NCBI GenBank assembly: GCA_029974015.1
Contig: JARKUF010000019.1
Location: 10,219-74,218 of the forward strand
DNA from: Spirochaetota bacterium
GTDB taxonomy: Bacteria; Spirochaetota; UBA4802; JAGODF01
Length of the DNA stretch: 64,000 bases
Direction: 5' to 3'
In this document: positions 52,552 to 62,871 of the stretch, one piece after another
Position numbering within the stretch: the first letter of the stretch is position 1
Layout: each line of letters starts with the position of its first letter
Notes under the pieces: generated by a model
What the model saw: the letters and a program-made list of their open reading frames with translations, nothing else
What the model was told of the DNA's origin: nothing
Databases searched by the model: none
Position numbers and translations under genes: made by a program

Positions 52552-53649
52552 TTAACTCCTGGGTATGGTGAATTGGAAGCTGCTGCCGCGGCCTTCCTCG
52601 CTGGCCACTCTGATTGTGCCGCCATGGAGCTCCACGAAACGCTTGCAGATGACAAGCCCAAGGCCGCTCCCTTTCTCCCCCCGGGTGCCGGGGTTTTGAT
52701 GAAGGGTATAAGCGTTGAACAGGTTCTCCATCATTTCGGGCCTTATGCCCACTCCGGTGTCCGCCACCGCTACAGACACGTGGGTATCCAGGTCTTCCAC
52801 GGTGACGGTGATCTTCCCCTGCTCGGTGAATTTGATGGCGTTGTTGATGAGGTTGTTCATCACCTGGAGTATCTTCATCCGGTCCACAGAGACCCGCGGA
52901 TTGTCAAGTTTGTTTAGATACTCGATGTCGTTGTTCTTGTCCACGGCCAGGAGGAGGAAATTATTGATGCTGGCGTGGATAATCTCGGAGAGGTCAGCCT
53001 CCTCCCGGTTGATCTGCATGATGCCCGTCTCGAGCTTCGAGATGTCCAGAAGCTCGTTGACCAGATCGTAGAGGCTCTCCGCGATGTCTTTTATGATGAG
53101 AAGATACTTCTCGTTCTTCTCACCAAGCCCGCCTTTTTTTAAAAGGAAGTTCACATACCCGCCTATGGTGGAGAGAGGGGACCGGAGGTCGTGGGACACC
53201 ACGGATAGGAATTCGTTTTTCAGCTCGTTTAGCTTTTTCAGCTCCACGAGGTTCTTCGAGTTTTCCTTCTGGAGGACCACCCTCTCGGCCGCCCTGTTCA
53301 TGATGAGGCTTAAAGTGGGCACGTCTATGGGCTTTTTGATGAAGTCGTATGCGCCGAGCTTGATCGCCTGGATGGCGCCCTCCACGGAGGCGTATCCGGT
53401 GAGGACCAGGGCCAGGGTGTCGATTTTCTCGCACTGGAGGTAATTCATCACGTCAAATCCGCTTTTCCCCGGCATGTTCAAGTCCGTGAGGACGATATCG
53501 TAGGCGCGCTTGCCAAGCTTGTAGATGGCCTCCTCGCCGCTGTACGCGCACTCCGTGGCGAAGCCCTCCCGCTCGAGGATTTTTGAAACCCTCGAGGCGA
53601 TCTTCTCCTCATCATCCACCACAAGAATTTTTATGCCGCTTCTATCCAT
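52552..53649 (-). CDS. Hybrid response-regulator receiver / histidine kinase
   Basis: The REC domain is ILVVDDEEK...[14 protein letters not shown]. The HisKA H-box is [13 protein letters not shown]. The HATPase_c domain has [16 protein letters not shown] and GSGLGL. The start is at MDRSG (alternative 53685). The remainder of the 667-aa track ORF was rejected. Confidence 0.88.
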   Translation of the reverse strand: MDRSGIKILVVDDEEKIASRVSKILEREGFATECAYSGEEAIYKLGKRAYDIVLTDLNMPGKSGFDVMNYLQCEKIDTLALVLTGYASVEGAIQAIKLGAYDFIKKPIDVPTLSLIMNRAAERVVLQKENSKNLVELKKLNELKNEFLSVVSHDLRSPLSTIGGYVNFLLKKGGLGEKNEKYLLIIKDIAESLYDLVNELLDISKLETGIMQINREEADLSEIIHASINNFLLLAVDKNNDIEYLNKLDNPRVSVDRMKILQVMNNLINNAIKFTEQGKITVTVEDLDTHVSVAVADTGVGIRPEMMENLFNAYTLHQNPGTRGEKGSGLGLVICKRFVELHGGTIRVASEEGRGSSFQFTIPRS

Positions 53650-53866
53650 CGCTTTTTTAAGTTGAAAGGCCCCGGGCCGGCGCATAATACCGTCGGGCCC
53701 GCGAATCCCCACAACAGTGTTTTTCGATTGCCAATTACGATAAAATGCGAAATCCTGTTTTCGGCGTCCGGCCCGGTTATGGTATTCGATGAAGCGGCAT
53801 ATTTCAACAAAAATATTTTTCTCATCTCCTCCGGAAAACATGCCGAAGATGATGCGGGGGTAGTAT

Positions 53867-55210
53867 ATGTCCATGTATATATTGAAAAACCGCGCCCTGT
53901 ACGCCCTCGGGGCCCTCTTCATCGCCGCCATGGTGTCCTTGACGGGAACGGAGTACGGTGAAGCACAGCAGCCCGCCGCATCTAAAAAGCCCTCCGCATC
54001 TTCCGCGAAGAAAACCGGTCCCGACGGCGCAATCCCGGAAAAAGCGGGAAAAACCCCACCCTCCGCCGCCACCGGCAAAGTTGCGGATACGAAGACCCCC
54101 ATCAGCCAAAAAACATCCTCCGGACCGGCTAAAAAAGACCGGGACGGGGAGAAGCAAAAAAAAGAGGAAGAACGCAAAAAGAAGGACGAACTCAGGGAAA
54201 AGAAGCATGTCGAGTGGATTGAGAGAACCATTGAATATGGAATCCAGCAGGACCGATTGGAGGCCATCAACTCGATACTGAAAATCCGCGACGCCTCCGA
54301 CAGGGAACGCCTTGGCGGCATCCTCAGGAATACCCTTAAAGAAGAGATCGATATAGAAGTCAAAGCGAAGACCATCACCGTCCTGGGAGAGATGAAGTTC
54401 AAGGAGGCCCTTCCGGAACTGACGGCCGCAATTGACGACGACTCCCTGGACGTTAAGATCGCCGCGGTCTTTGCCCTGAAAAGGATACAGGACAGGTCCG
54501 TGACGGGAAAGCTTTCGGAAGAGCTCAAGAAGCAGGACTTCAAAAAACAGTCCAACTATACCGAGGCCCTGATTGACGCCCTGGGCACATTAAAAACCAT
54601 TGAGCTTAAGGACTTCGCCATCGGTGAAATTAAAAAGGACACGACCAACACGACCAATCGCCAGTATCTCGTTATTTTCCTCGGGAGAATCGAGGCGAAG
54701 GACGCGAAGGATTATCTCCTGGGCCTGGCCAAGGACGACAGCGAAGACAACCTCGTCCGGGCCTACGCGGTCAATTCCCTGGCCAGGATGCAGCTCTCGG
54801 AGACGGCCCCGGAAATCGGCGCAATACTCAAGGAAATCGACTCTTACCCTTTCAAGAAACGCCAGCGCTACTACAAGCTCTACATCTACTCCATCGCCGC
54901 CCTGGCCCGCCTGGGAGACAAGAGCGTGTACCCCCGCCTGGTAAACGCCGTAAGAAGCAACAATGAACAGGTGAGGCTCCAGGCGGTGCGGCTCATCAAA
55001 GATATCAACGAAAAAAGAACTATTGACATTTTGAAACACAAAATGAAATATGATCCGAGCCCCAGGGTGCAGCGCGCCGCAAAGGAAGCCCTGGAGGAGC
55101 TGGGAATCCCTCCGGATGAGGAAAAAAAGGACGCCGCGAAAAGCGTCAAGAAATCAGAAACGAACGAAGACGCGAAAAAAGACGCGCCCGAGCGTAAAGA
55201 GGGGAAATGA
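53867..55210 (+). CDS. Secreted HEAT-repeat protein with a low-complexity Lys/Glu/Pro-rich N-terminal region
   Basis: A signal peptide is present. PBS-lyase-type HEAT repeats are present (VKAKTITVLGEMKFKEALPELTAAIDDDSLDVKIAAVFALKRI, and VRLQAVRLI...SPRVQRAAKEALEEL). Confidence 0.75.
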   Translation: MSMYILKNRALYALGALFIAAMVSLTGTEYGEAQQPAASKKPSASSAKKTGPDGAIPEKAGKTPPSAATGKVADTKTPISQKTSSGPAKKDRDGEKQKKEEERKKKDELREKKHVEWIERTIEYGIQQDRLEAINSILKIRDASDRERLGGILRNTLKEEIDIEVKAKTITVLGEMKFKEALPELTAAIDDDSLDVKIAAVFALKRIQDRSVTGKLSEELKKQDFKKQSNYTEALIDALGTLKTIELKDFAIGEIKKDTTNTTNRQYLVIFLGRIEAKDAKDYLLGLAKDDSEDNLVRAYAVNSLARMQLSETAPEIGAILKEIDSYPFKKRQRYYKLYIYSIAALARLGDKSVYPRLVNAVRSNNEQVRLQAVRLIKDINEKRTIDILKHKMKYDPSPRVQRAAKEALEELGIPPDEEKKDAAKSVKKSETNEDAKKDAPERKEGK

Positions 55211-55650
55211 CCCGGGGCAATGCAGGCAATGCCAGGAATTCAGCACGGAACTCAATGGAAAAGACCCGCATCCGCGACAGGATGCGGGAAATCTTCACCC
55301 TCTTCGCCTTTGTGGTCCTTTCGGCCCTGGTGTCGCTTATTGTGATGGACATTCTTGTCCTTCCCATCACTCTCTTTGCCGTGGCGAAGAAGGACCTCTT
55401 TAACTTCATCGTTAGAGACCTCTTCCGGGCCTTCATAATCGCCATACTCCTCCTGCTGATTGTCAGGAGAATTTTCACTCTGCAAAAAGACGGCCTTACG
55501 CGCCGGGAAATCATCAGGCACATCCTTTACCGCCCCGTATCGGCCCTTGCCACGGCCTTCATGGCGCTTCTCGCCGGGGCGGTGCTTATCGGCATCATCC
55601 ATCTGCTGTTCAGTTACAACAACTACTTCATCTATAAGTTGATCAACTGA
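55207..55650 (+). CDS. Small integral membrane protein, hypothetical
   Basis: The start overlaps the HEAT-protein stop (ATGA). There are three to four hydrophobic helices. No family recognised. Confidence 0.5.
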   Translation: MTRGNAGNARNSARNSMEKTRIRDRMREIFTLFAFVVLSALVSLIVMDILVLPITLFAVAKKDLFNFIVRDLFRAFIIAILLLLIVRRIFTLQKDGLTRREIIRHILYRPVSALATAFMALLAGAVLIGIIHLLFSYNNYFIYKLIN

Positions 55651-55665
55651 GCTCCGGTACCTGCC

Positions 55666-56607
55666 TTGAGTAACGATTTCGACAGCTACTTCTCCCAACT
55701 GCCCCCCTTCGACCGTGAGAAGGATTTCCACGCATTCTGGGACAGGTCGATCCGGGAACTGCGGGACGTGCCGATGGAAACAGCAGTGGAGCCGAACAAA
55801 CGGCGCCTTAAGCAGAGGTTTAAGCATTTCGACGTGGGGTTTAAGGGGGCCAACAAGTCCCGCACCTCGGGGATACTTCTGGTCCCGGAAAAGATGGAAC
55901 GCCCCCGGGTCATCATCTTCTTCCATGACTATTTCAGGCCAAACCATTTTCTCGACTTCGAGCTGGACCCGTCTGTCGCGTATTTTTTTCTTGGCCTGAA
56001 GGGACATGATATTCTGAGTTTCGAAGAAGACGGAGAGGAGAGGGCCACGCCGGGCTACATGACCGACAACATTCTCGACATCGAGAGCTATTACGTCCGG
56101 GAAGTGTACCTTGACGCGTACAGGTCCATCGACATGCTTCGGCTTCGCACTTTTCTCGACTGCAGTTCCATCGGCGTGATGGGGAAGGGATTCGGGGCCG
56201 CTATGGCGCTCTTCGCCGCGGCGTATTCGGGACGCGTGAAGGCGCTGTTTTTAGACACTCCTTCTTTTATCTATCTACCCGTGGGCCAGAACATCTCGAA
56301 AAACGACGCCGCCATGGAGATAAACGGGTACATTGAGCGGCACCGCGCCAAAAGCCGTCAGGTAAAGAAAAACCTCACCTACTTCGACGCGCTCAATTTC
56401 GCCGATGCGGTGACCTGCCCCACCACGGTCACTGCGGGTTTTAAAGACGCCTTTTCACCGCCACGGTGCATCTTCGCCCTTTTCAACCACATGCTCTGCG
56501 ACAAAACCATGGAAGTGTATCCTGACCAGGGCAATGAGGCGGGTGGAGAAAAGCAGTTTCGAAAAACCCTGGAGTGGATGATTGATATCGTCGGGGAAGG
56601 CGCATAG
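55666..56607 (+). CDS. Acetyl xylan esterase / cephalosporin-C deacetylase (CE7) family homologue with degenerate catalytic motifs
   Basis: The start is TTG. Overall collinearity with the AXE1 fold is clear. However, the nucleophile elbow reads GKGFGA instead of GGSQGG, and the C-terminal HE motif reads NE. Confidence 0.7.
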   Translation: MSNDFDSYFSQLPPFDREKDFHAFWDRSIRELRDVPMETAVEPNKRRLKQRFKHFDVGFKGANKSRTSGILLVPEKMERPRVIIFFHDYFRPNHFLDFELDPSVAYFFLGLKGHDILSFEEDGEERATPGYMTDNILDIESYYVREVYLDAYRSIDMLRLRTFLDCSSIGVMGKGFGAAMALFAAAYSGRVKALFLDTPSFIYLPVGQNISKNDAAMEINGYIERHRAKSRQVKKNLTYFDALNFADAVTCPTTVTAGFKDAFSPPRCIFALFNHMLCDKTMEVYPDQGNEAGGEKQFRKTLEWMIDIVGEGA

Positions 56608-56615
56608 TCCACAAT

Positions 56616-57254
56616 TCAGCGGACAAGTGGCACAAAAAGGGCGTTGCCGAATTCCTCCTCATATACCCTTCCGTCCCGGCCCTTGTAAATTTTTTTCATC
56701 ACCTGCCCGCCTCCCGATTCCACAGGCAGGATGAGGGTCCCCCGTGGGGCCAGGCGTTCCACCAGTTCCCCGGGCACCGCATCGGCGCATGCGGCCACCA
56801 CCACGGCATCGAAGCCGCCTCCGGCGCGGCTGAAGCTGTCGGAATGGAGGAGGGAGATATTCCGGTACCCGAGATTGAAAAGCAGAATTTCCCTGGCCCT
56901 TTCGTGTAGTTCGCCAATGATCTCAACGCTCACCACTTCCGCCGCAAGTTCCGCAAGGACCGCCGCCTGGTATCCCGACCCGGTGCCGATTTCCAGCACC
57001 CGCTCATCGCCCCGAAGGTCCAGGGCCTGGACCACGCGGCCCACCGTGGAGGGGCGCGTCACAGTCTGGCCGAAACCGATGGGAAGCGGCATGTCCTCGT
57101 AGGCCCGAAAGCGGAGCGCCTCGGAAACGAAAAGATGGCGCGGGACGCGTCCCAGGGCGTCTAAGACCCGCGCCGAGCTTATCCCCCTGGCCTCAAGGCC
57201 GGAGAGGAGGCGGTTTCGGGCAATCCGGTACGGGTCATCACTCAGGCGGCGCAA
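56616..57254 (-). CDS. pcm: Protein-L-isoaspartate O-methyltransferase
   Basis: SAM-binding VLEIGTGSGYQAAVLA is present, together with the typical Pcm N-terminal and C-terminal patterns (FVPL). Confidence 0.92.
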   Translation of the reverse strand: MRRLSDDPYRIARNRLLSGLEARGISSARVLDALGRVPRHLFVSEALRFRAYEDMPLPIGFGQTVTRPSTVGRVVQALDLRGDERVLEIGTGSGYQAAVLAELAAEVVSVEIIGELHERAREILLFNLGYRNISLLHSDSFSRAGGGFDAVVVAACADAVPGELVERLAPRGTLILPVESGGGQVMKKIYKGRDGRVYEEEFGNALFVPLVR

Positions 57255-59283
57255 AGTACCCCCCCCACTCGGTACCTTTCTGGCCCCGATAGTCTACATT
57301 TATGCGGACATCGGACCACCAGCCCCGGAAAGCCGGAAGCTTATAACTTCGATACAGCAGGAGGTAGCGGTACTCCTCGGCATTTTTGATGCGGTTGTAA
57401 AGGCCCCGAAGGCCCTCAACATCGCTGGCGGCGAATAGGGCGCCGCCTGTCTCCCGGGTGATTTTTTCCAGGTCCCCGGGGCGATCACGGAATGTGATAA
57501 CATAGATGGGAATAAAATGGCTTTTAGCAAATTCGCTGATATACTCTGCCGAATATTTCCTGAACGATTCCCGCGTAACGGCTCCGTCGGTGACCATCAC
57601 GACGGCGCGGCGGCTCAGCCTGGGCAGCAGATCGTTGATGGCGGCGTAGAGAACATTGCCGTAATCGCTCTCCCCCCGGTATTCATTCGCCTCAACGGCC
57701 TTCAGGGACCGCCGGCGGCTCCAGTCAAAGTCATTGCCGGTCCAGTAGTCACGGTTGAAATTGACCACTTTCACGCTGTCGTTCTTCCTCATGCGCTGGA
57801 AGATGAATTCCGACACCCAGGGGAGGTCCCCATGATTGGCCCCGGCGCTCTTCGAGCGGTCAAGGCACAGCACCATAGACGCCGAGGGGTCCATCGTCTT
57901 CAGATGGTCGACTGAAAGGCGGGACACCCCCACCGTGTCCTCGGTAATTCGGAAGTTGTCTTTCGTAAGTCCGTACACCGGCATGCCGTTTCGCCCCCGC
58001 ACATTCAGGTGTATCCCCACAGTGGGATATGTCCGGGTATCGACAGAGGTGATTTCCAGGTCGAGATTGGTGTACTGGACCTGGGGCGGCGTGAAAAGAT
58101 ATACCCGTTCGTGGCCGTAATCGACGGCGTACAGGACGCCGTCGCGGTCAAAGACAGAGGAGTACAGCCGGGAAAAGGACCGTTCGCCATTGTTCCAGCC
58201 AGTGAACCATTCCCCGGAGTTGTTTTCGGTATCGTAATGGCAGAGGCCCTTAACCTCGTCGGAGACCAGGAGGTACTTCCCTCGCAGGGAAACCCCCCTG
58301 GGGCGCGTCAAACCGTCGATAGCGAGGTGTTTTAAAAAATTTCCGGAATCGTCAAAACAGGAAATCCTCCCGTTTCCGGAGTCCGCCACGTAGACCCGGT
58401 CCCGAAGGGCCGCAACATCCGAGGGGCCTTCGAGGTTTCCGTCCCCGTCGCCGGGTTCGCCGAATTTTAGGATAAAATTCCCCTCCTCGTCGAACTTCTG
58501 GACCCTCCCGTTCCCGGAATCCGCGACGTAGATGTTCCCGTACCGGTCGAAGGACACCCCCTCTGGGCCGTGAAAAAGCCCATCTCCGCTGCCGGGGCCG
58601 CCGAAGGTTTTCAGTTTCTTAAACGAGGTAGTAAGAATATAGACCCGGTCTTTCTTGAAATCGGTGACGGCGAGGCGCCCCCTGTGAGCGTCGATGCCAT
58701 ATACCATGCTATTTATGGCGGGGCTGTAGGTGGCCAATCCATTACCGTTCGGGTCGATTTTGCTGATGCGTCCCAGGGAAAAAGAGGTGATATAGAGGTT
58801 TTTGTCGTCATCTACGGCGCAGTCCACGGGGTTGGGGAACTTGAAGCGGTTAAGCCGCGCCGATATCACCTCGCCGGACATCACCATATCGCCCATCGCA
58901 TGTTCCAGGGAGCCTCGGACCTTTCTGAAACGGAGGGTGTCTATTTTATTGCGTATGTATACATTGTCGGGATTGAGCTCCGAGAGGATTTCCCACTCCC
59001 TCAGCGCCTCATCTATGAAGCCGGCGTATCGGTATGATCGCGCTAAAAATTCCCGGGCGGTATGATAATCGGGATATGCCGCAACGGCGTTTCGGAAGAA
59101 TTCAACGGCGGCGAGATATCTGCGCGTGTTGAAGAAATGCGTTCCCTTGCGAAAATGGTCTTTCGCCCGCTCGAACCGGACAGTGTCGTCGGAAAAAGGG
59201 AAGGCCAGGGCCAGTGCGCCATGGGCCAGGACCAAAGCTATGACAGGAAATAGAAGACGCGCTCTGTGGCGTTTCATGATCAA
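57238..59283 (-). CDS. Secreted TPR / NHL-repeat / vWA-like domain protein
   Basis: A signal peptide and N-terminal TPRs are present. NHL units are repeated (GNIYVADSGNGRVQKFDEEGNF, RVYVADSGNGRISCFDDSGNF). The C-terminal vWA-like segment has SMVLCLDRSKS and VVMVTDG. Confidence 0.8.
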   Translation of the reverse strand: MIMKRHRARLLFPVIALVLAHGALALAFPFSDDTVRFERAKDHFRKGTHFFNTRRYLAAVEFFRNAVAAYPDYHTAREFLARSYRYAGFIDEALREWEILSELNPDNVYIRNKIDTLRFRKVRGSLEHAMGDMVMSGEVISARLNRFKFPNPVDCAVDDDKNLYITSFSLGRISKIDPNGNGLATYSPAINSMVYGIDAHRGRLAVTDFKKDRVYILTTSFKKLKTFGGPGSGDGLFHGPEGVSFDRYGNIYVADSGNGRVQKFDEEGNFILKFGEPGDGDGNLEGPSDVAALRDRVYVADSGNGRISCFDDSGNFLKHLAIDGLTRPRGVSLRGKYLLVSDEVKGLCHYDTENNSGEWFTGWNNGERSFSRLYSSVFDRDGVLYAVDYGHERVYLFTPPQVQYTNLDLEITSVDTRTYPTVGIHLNVRGRNGMPVYGLTKDNFRITEDTVGVSRLSVDHLKTMDPSASMVLCLDRSKSAGANHGDLPWVSEFIFQRMRKNDSVKVVNFNRDYWTGNDFDWSRRRSLKAVEANEYRGESDYGNVLYAAINDLLPRLSRRAVVMVTDGAVTRESFRKYSAEYISEFAKSHFIPIYVITFRDRPGDLEKITRETGGALFAASDVEGLRGLYNRIKNAEEYRYLLLYRSYKLPAFRGWWSDVRINVDYRGQKGTEWGGYFAPPE

Positions 59284-59334
59284 CTGCTCACCTCGGGAAG
59301 AAGGAACCTGTTTATATTATAATGATCGACCGAA

Positions 59335-62151
59335 TCACCTCTTCTTCACGAGCTTTTTCAGGTATTTCCCCGTGTGCGATCCCGCCGCCGAGGCGACGGT
59401 TTCAGGGGTCCCTTCGGCGACGATCAAGCCGCCAGCATCGCCCCCCTCGGGCCCCAGGTCGATGATCCAGTCGGCGGTCTTCACCACGTCGAGGTTGTGC
59501 TCGATGACGATGACCGTGTTCCCCTTATCTACCAGGGAGTTCAATACATCAAGCAGTTTTTGCACATCGTCGAAATGGAGGCCCGTCGTGGGCTCATCAA
59601 GGATGTAGAGGGTCTTCCCCGTGGCGCGGCGCGAAAGTTCCGTGGCGAGTTTCACCCGCTGGGCCTCGCCTCCGGAGAGCGTCGTGGCGGGCTGGCCCAG
59701 TTTTATATAGGAAAGCCCCACCCCGTTTATCGTTTCAAGCTTCGAGGCAATGGAAGGGACGTTTTGGAAAAATTCCAGGGCCTCGGCAGCCGTCATATCG
59801 AGCACATCGAATATGTTCTTCCCCTTGTATCGCACCTCCAGGGTCTCATGGTTGTAGCGCCGACCTTTGCATACTTCGCATGTGATATAGACATCGGGAA
59901 GAAAGTGCATCTCGATCTTTTTGATGCCGTCCCCTTCGCAGGACTCACAGCGCCCTCCGGGAACATTGAATGAAAAGCGGCCCGCCCTGTATCCCCGGAC
60001 CTTCGACTCGGGAAGGCCCGTGAAGAGGTCGCGGATGGGGGTGAAAACCCCGGTGTATGTGGCGGGGTTGGACCGCGGCGTCCTCCCGATAGGGGACTGG
60101 TCGATGTCGATAACCTTGTCGATCTTCTCGATCCCGGTGATTTTATCGAAGGCGCCGGGCATCTCCCTCGATTTCATGATGAGGTTTGAGAGCGCCTTGT
60201 AGAGAATTTCAATAAGGAGGGTCGATTTCCCCGAACCGGAGACGCCGGTGATGCAGCAGAGGACCCCCAGAGGAAATTTTGCCGTGATCTTCTTTAGATT
60301 GTGCTCCCGGGCGCCTGTAACGGTGATGAAGCCTTTGGGCTCGCGGCGTTCTTTCGGGACCGCGATGGACTTTCGCCCTGAAAGATACAGGCCCGTCAGG
60401 GACTTCTCGTTTTGCTCGATCTCCCCCGGGGATCCGCTCGCGACGATATAACCGCCTCCGAGGCCCGCGCCGGGGCCCAGGTCCACCACATGGTCGGCTT
60501 CGCGGATGGTCTCCTCATCATGCTCCACAACGATGACGGTATTGCCCAGGTCCCGCAGGTTTTTCAGCGTCGCTAAAAGCTTCCGGTTGTCCCTCTGGTG
60601 GAGGCCGATACTCGGTTCGTCCAGGATGTAAAGGACCCCCATGAGGCTGGAACCGATCTGGGTGGCCAGGCGGATGCGCTGGGACTCTCCCCCCGACAGG
60701 GTCCCGGCGGCGCGGTCCAGGGTGAGGTAATCAATTCCCACATCACTTAAGAAACCGAGGCGTGTGATAATCTCCTTCATTACCTGGGCCGATATTTTCT
60801 TTTCTGTTTCGCCTAATTCCACGGACTTGAAATATTCCAGGGCCCCCTTGATGGAAAGGGACGTTATCTCCGTGATGGCTTTTCCGGCCACGCGCACGGC
60901 AAGGCTCTCCTTCCTCAGGCGTTTACCACCGCATTCGTGGCAGTCCCGGTTGGACATGTACCGCTCCATCCATTCCCGCATCCCTTCGGACTTCGTTTCC
61001 CGATACCTTCGCTCCAGGCCCGGAATCACCCCTTCGAAGGGCCTGGAAAACCTGTATTCTTCTTCGCGGCGACGTATATTATACTTCAATTTTTTATCGC
61101 CTGAACCGTGCAGGATGATATTTCTGATAGACGGCTTCAATTTTTTCCACGGGAGGTCCGCGTCGAAACCAAAGTGCTTCTCCAGGGCCGATATCTGTTC
61201 CATATACCAGTAGCTGGTGCTTTTTCCCCAGACATCCAGGACCCCTTCCCGGAGGGACTTGTCGGGATCGGAGACGATGAGGTCGGGATCGAACTGGAGG
61301 ATGAAACCCAGGCCATTGCAGGCAGGGCAAGCGCCATGGGGGCTGTTGAAGGAAAACATGCGGGGCGAGAGCTCCGGTATGGAGACGCCGCAATCCGGGC
61401 AGGAAAGCTTCGTGGAAAAGAGCCGCTCCTCGTCCCCGAAAAGGACCAGCACAAGCCCCTCGGCGATATCGATGGCGGTTTCAAGCGACTCTGCGAGACG
61501 GGACCTTATGCCGTCTTTTATGACAAGGCGGTCCACAACGATTTCGATATCGTGCTTCTTGTTCTTCTCAAGCTGAATTGGATCGTCAACGCTGAGGATT
61601 TCCCCGTTCACACGGAGCCGCACGAACCCGTTTTTCCTTGCCAGCTCAACCTTGTCCAGGTGCTCCCCTTTTCTCCCCCGGACTACGGGGGCCAGGACCT
61701 GGAGCTTCGTTCCCTCTCGGGCGGTCATGACCGTTTCGACAATTTGGTCTATGGACTGGGAGGAAATTTTTTTTCCGCAGATATGGCAGTAGGGAACGCC
61801 GATCCGGGCGAAGAGGAGGCGCAGATAATCATATATTTCCGTCACGGTCCCCACGGTGGAGCGGGGATTGCGATGCGTCGTTTTCTGTTCGATGGAGATG
61901 GCTGGAGAAAGGCCTTCGATAAAATCGACGTCGGGCTTTTCCATGAGGCCCAGAAACTGCCTGGCATACGCTGAGAGGGACTCGACATAGCGCCTCTGCC
62001 CCTCCGCATAGATGGTGTCAAATGCGAGGGACGATTTTCCGGAACCCGAAAGCCCGGTGATCACCACGAGCCTGTCCCTGGGGATATCGATGGATATGTT
62101 TTTTAGATTGTGTTCGCGGGCGCCCCTGATGCGGATGAAGTCGGTGCTCAT
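59335..62151 (-). CDS. uvrA: Excinuclease ABC subunit A
   Basis: The start is at [25 protein letters not shown]. Two ABC modules are present ([18 protein letters not shown]), with zinc-finger insertions ([25 protein letters not shown]). Confidence 0.97.
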   Translation of the reverse strand: MSTDFIRIRGAREHNLKNISIDIPRDRLVVITGLSGSGKSSLAFDTIYAEGQRRYVESLSAYARQFLGLMEKPDVDFIEGLSPAISIEQKTTHRNPRSTVGTVTEIYDYLRLLFARIGVPYCHICGKKISSQSIDQIVETVMTAREGTKLQVLAPVVRGRKGEHLDKVELARKNGFVRLRVNGEILSVDDPIQLEKNKKHDIEIVVDRLVIKDGIRSRLAESLETAIDIAEGLVLVLFGDEERLFSTKLSCPDCGVSIPELSPRMFSFNSPHGACPACNGLGFILQFDPDLIVSDPDKSLREGVLDVWGKSTSYWYMEQISALEKHFGFDADLPWKKLKPSIRNIILHGSGDKKLKYNIRRREEEYRFSRPFEGVIPGLERRYRETKSEGMREWMERYMSNRDCHECGGKRLRKESLAVRVAGKAITEITSLSIKGALEYFKSVELGETEKKISAQVMKEIITRLGFLSDVGIDYLTLDRAAGTLSGGESQRIRLATQIGSSLMGVLYILDEPSIGLHQRDNRKLLATLKNLRDLGNTVIVVEHDEETIREADHVVDLGPGAGLGGGYIVASGSPGEIEQNEKSLTGLYLSGRKSIAVPKERREPKGFITVTGAREHNLKKITAKFPLGVLCCITGVSGSGKSTLLIEILYKALSNLIMKSREMPGAFDKITGIEKIDKVIDIDQSPIGRTPRSNPATYTGVFTPIRDLFTGLPESKVRGYRAGRFSFNVPGGRCESCEGDGIKKIEMHFLPDVYITCEVCKGRRYNHETLEVRYKGKNIFDVLDMTAAEALEFFQNVPSIASKLETINGVGLSYIKLGQPATTLSGGEAQRVKLATELSRRATGKTLYILDEPTTGLHFDDVQKLLDVLNSLVDKGNTVIVIEHNLDVVKTADWIIDLGPEGGDAGGLIVAEGTPETVASAAGSHTGKYLKKLVKKR

Positions 62152-62531
62152 ATAATGCTGATGTTCACGGATCCGCACATGGGGCAAATGATGTCTTGTT
62201 CGTCGTCGTAATCTTCGAGAACGTCCTTCCGCTTGATGATCACGTCGTCCCAACGGTAATCACAATCGTCGCAGGCGTAACTGCTCTCGATTTTTCTCTC
62301 GGAATCCCTGTCGAGGGCTTCTTCGGAGTCGGCTTCGTCTTCAACGTCGACGAATTCTTCATCATCCTCTTCGCCCTCATCATCCTCATCATCCTCATCA
62401 ATACCTTCCTCGATGAATTCCTCTTCGTCGACAAGCTCCTCGTCGTCGAAATGCTCCTCGTAATACTCGTCCTCGTATACTTCGTCGTCGTAGTCCTTTT
62501 CGTATCCGCTCCCCATCCCAGTAACCTGCAT
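62148..62531 (-). CDS. Extremely acidic protein with C-terminal CxxC...CxxC zinc ribbon, hypothetical
   Basis: The 127-aa product has an N-terminal region of about 90 residues dominated by D/E. It is followed by [10 protein letters not shown]...IICPMCGS. Its stop overlaps the uvrA ATG (ATGA). Confidence 0.6.
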   Translation of the reverse strand: MQVTGMGSGYEKDYDDEVYEDEYYEEHFDDEELVDEEEFIEEGIDEDDEDDEGEEDDEEFVDVEDEADSEEALDRDSERKIESSYACDDCDYRWDDVIIKRKDVLEDYDDEQDIICPMCGSVNISII

Positions 62532-62871
62532 TCGTTTTCCAGGGTGATAATCCCCTTCATCGGCTCATTGCCACATAAAAAAGCGATCCGTATTTGTCAA
62601 TACAATTCCTCAATAATTCCTCAACGCCATTCTTTCCGCGATTCCTTGATGCCAGGACATATCAATAAACATCTCGTCCCGATTTTTTCAATGAAACCGG
62701 TTTTCCCGGGACAACGGAGAATTCGATACTCCCGCAATAAAAGTAATGACAGATAATCCTTTTTTCAAACAAAAAAGCGATGAAGATGCCTGCAGTGTAA
62801 GAAAAATTCCTTGAAATGAAGGGGCCGCGGTCCACTATTGAATTGGCCGATACGCCGCGGGGAATGACGAC

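Noticed and set aside
53650-54555. N-terminal 300 residues of the 667-aa minus-strand ORF
   Set aside because: This part is Ser/Phe/Cys-rich with no domain. It is antisense to the well-formed HEAT-repeat gene (53867-55210). The receiver domain begins cleanly at [13 protein letters not shown] (53649).
55252-56007. 251-aa minus-strand ORF
   Set aside because: It is antisense to the small membrane protein and to the CE7-like gene, and it has no motif support.
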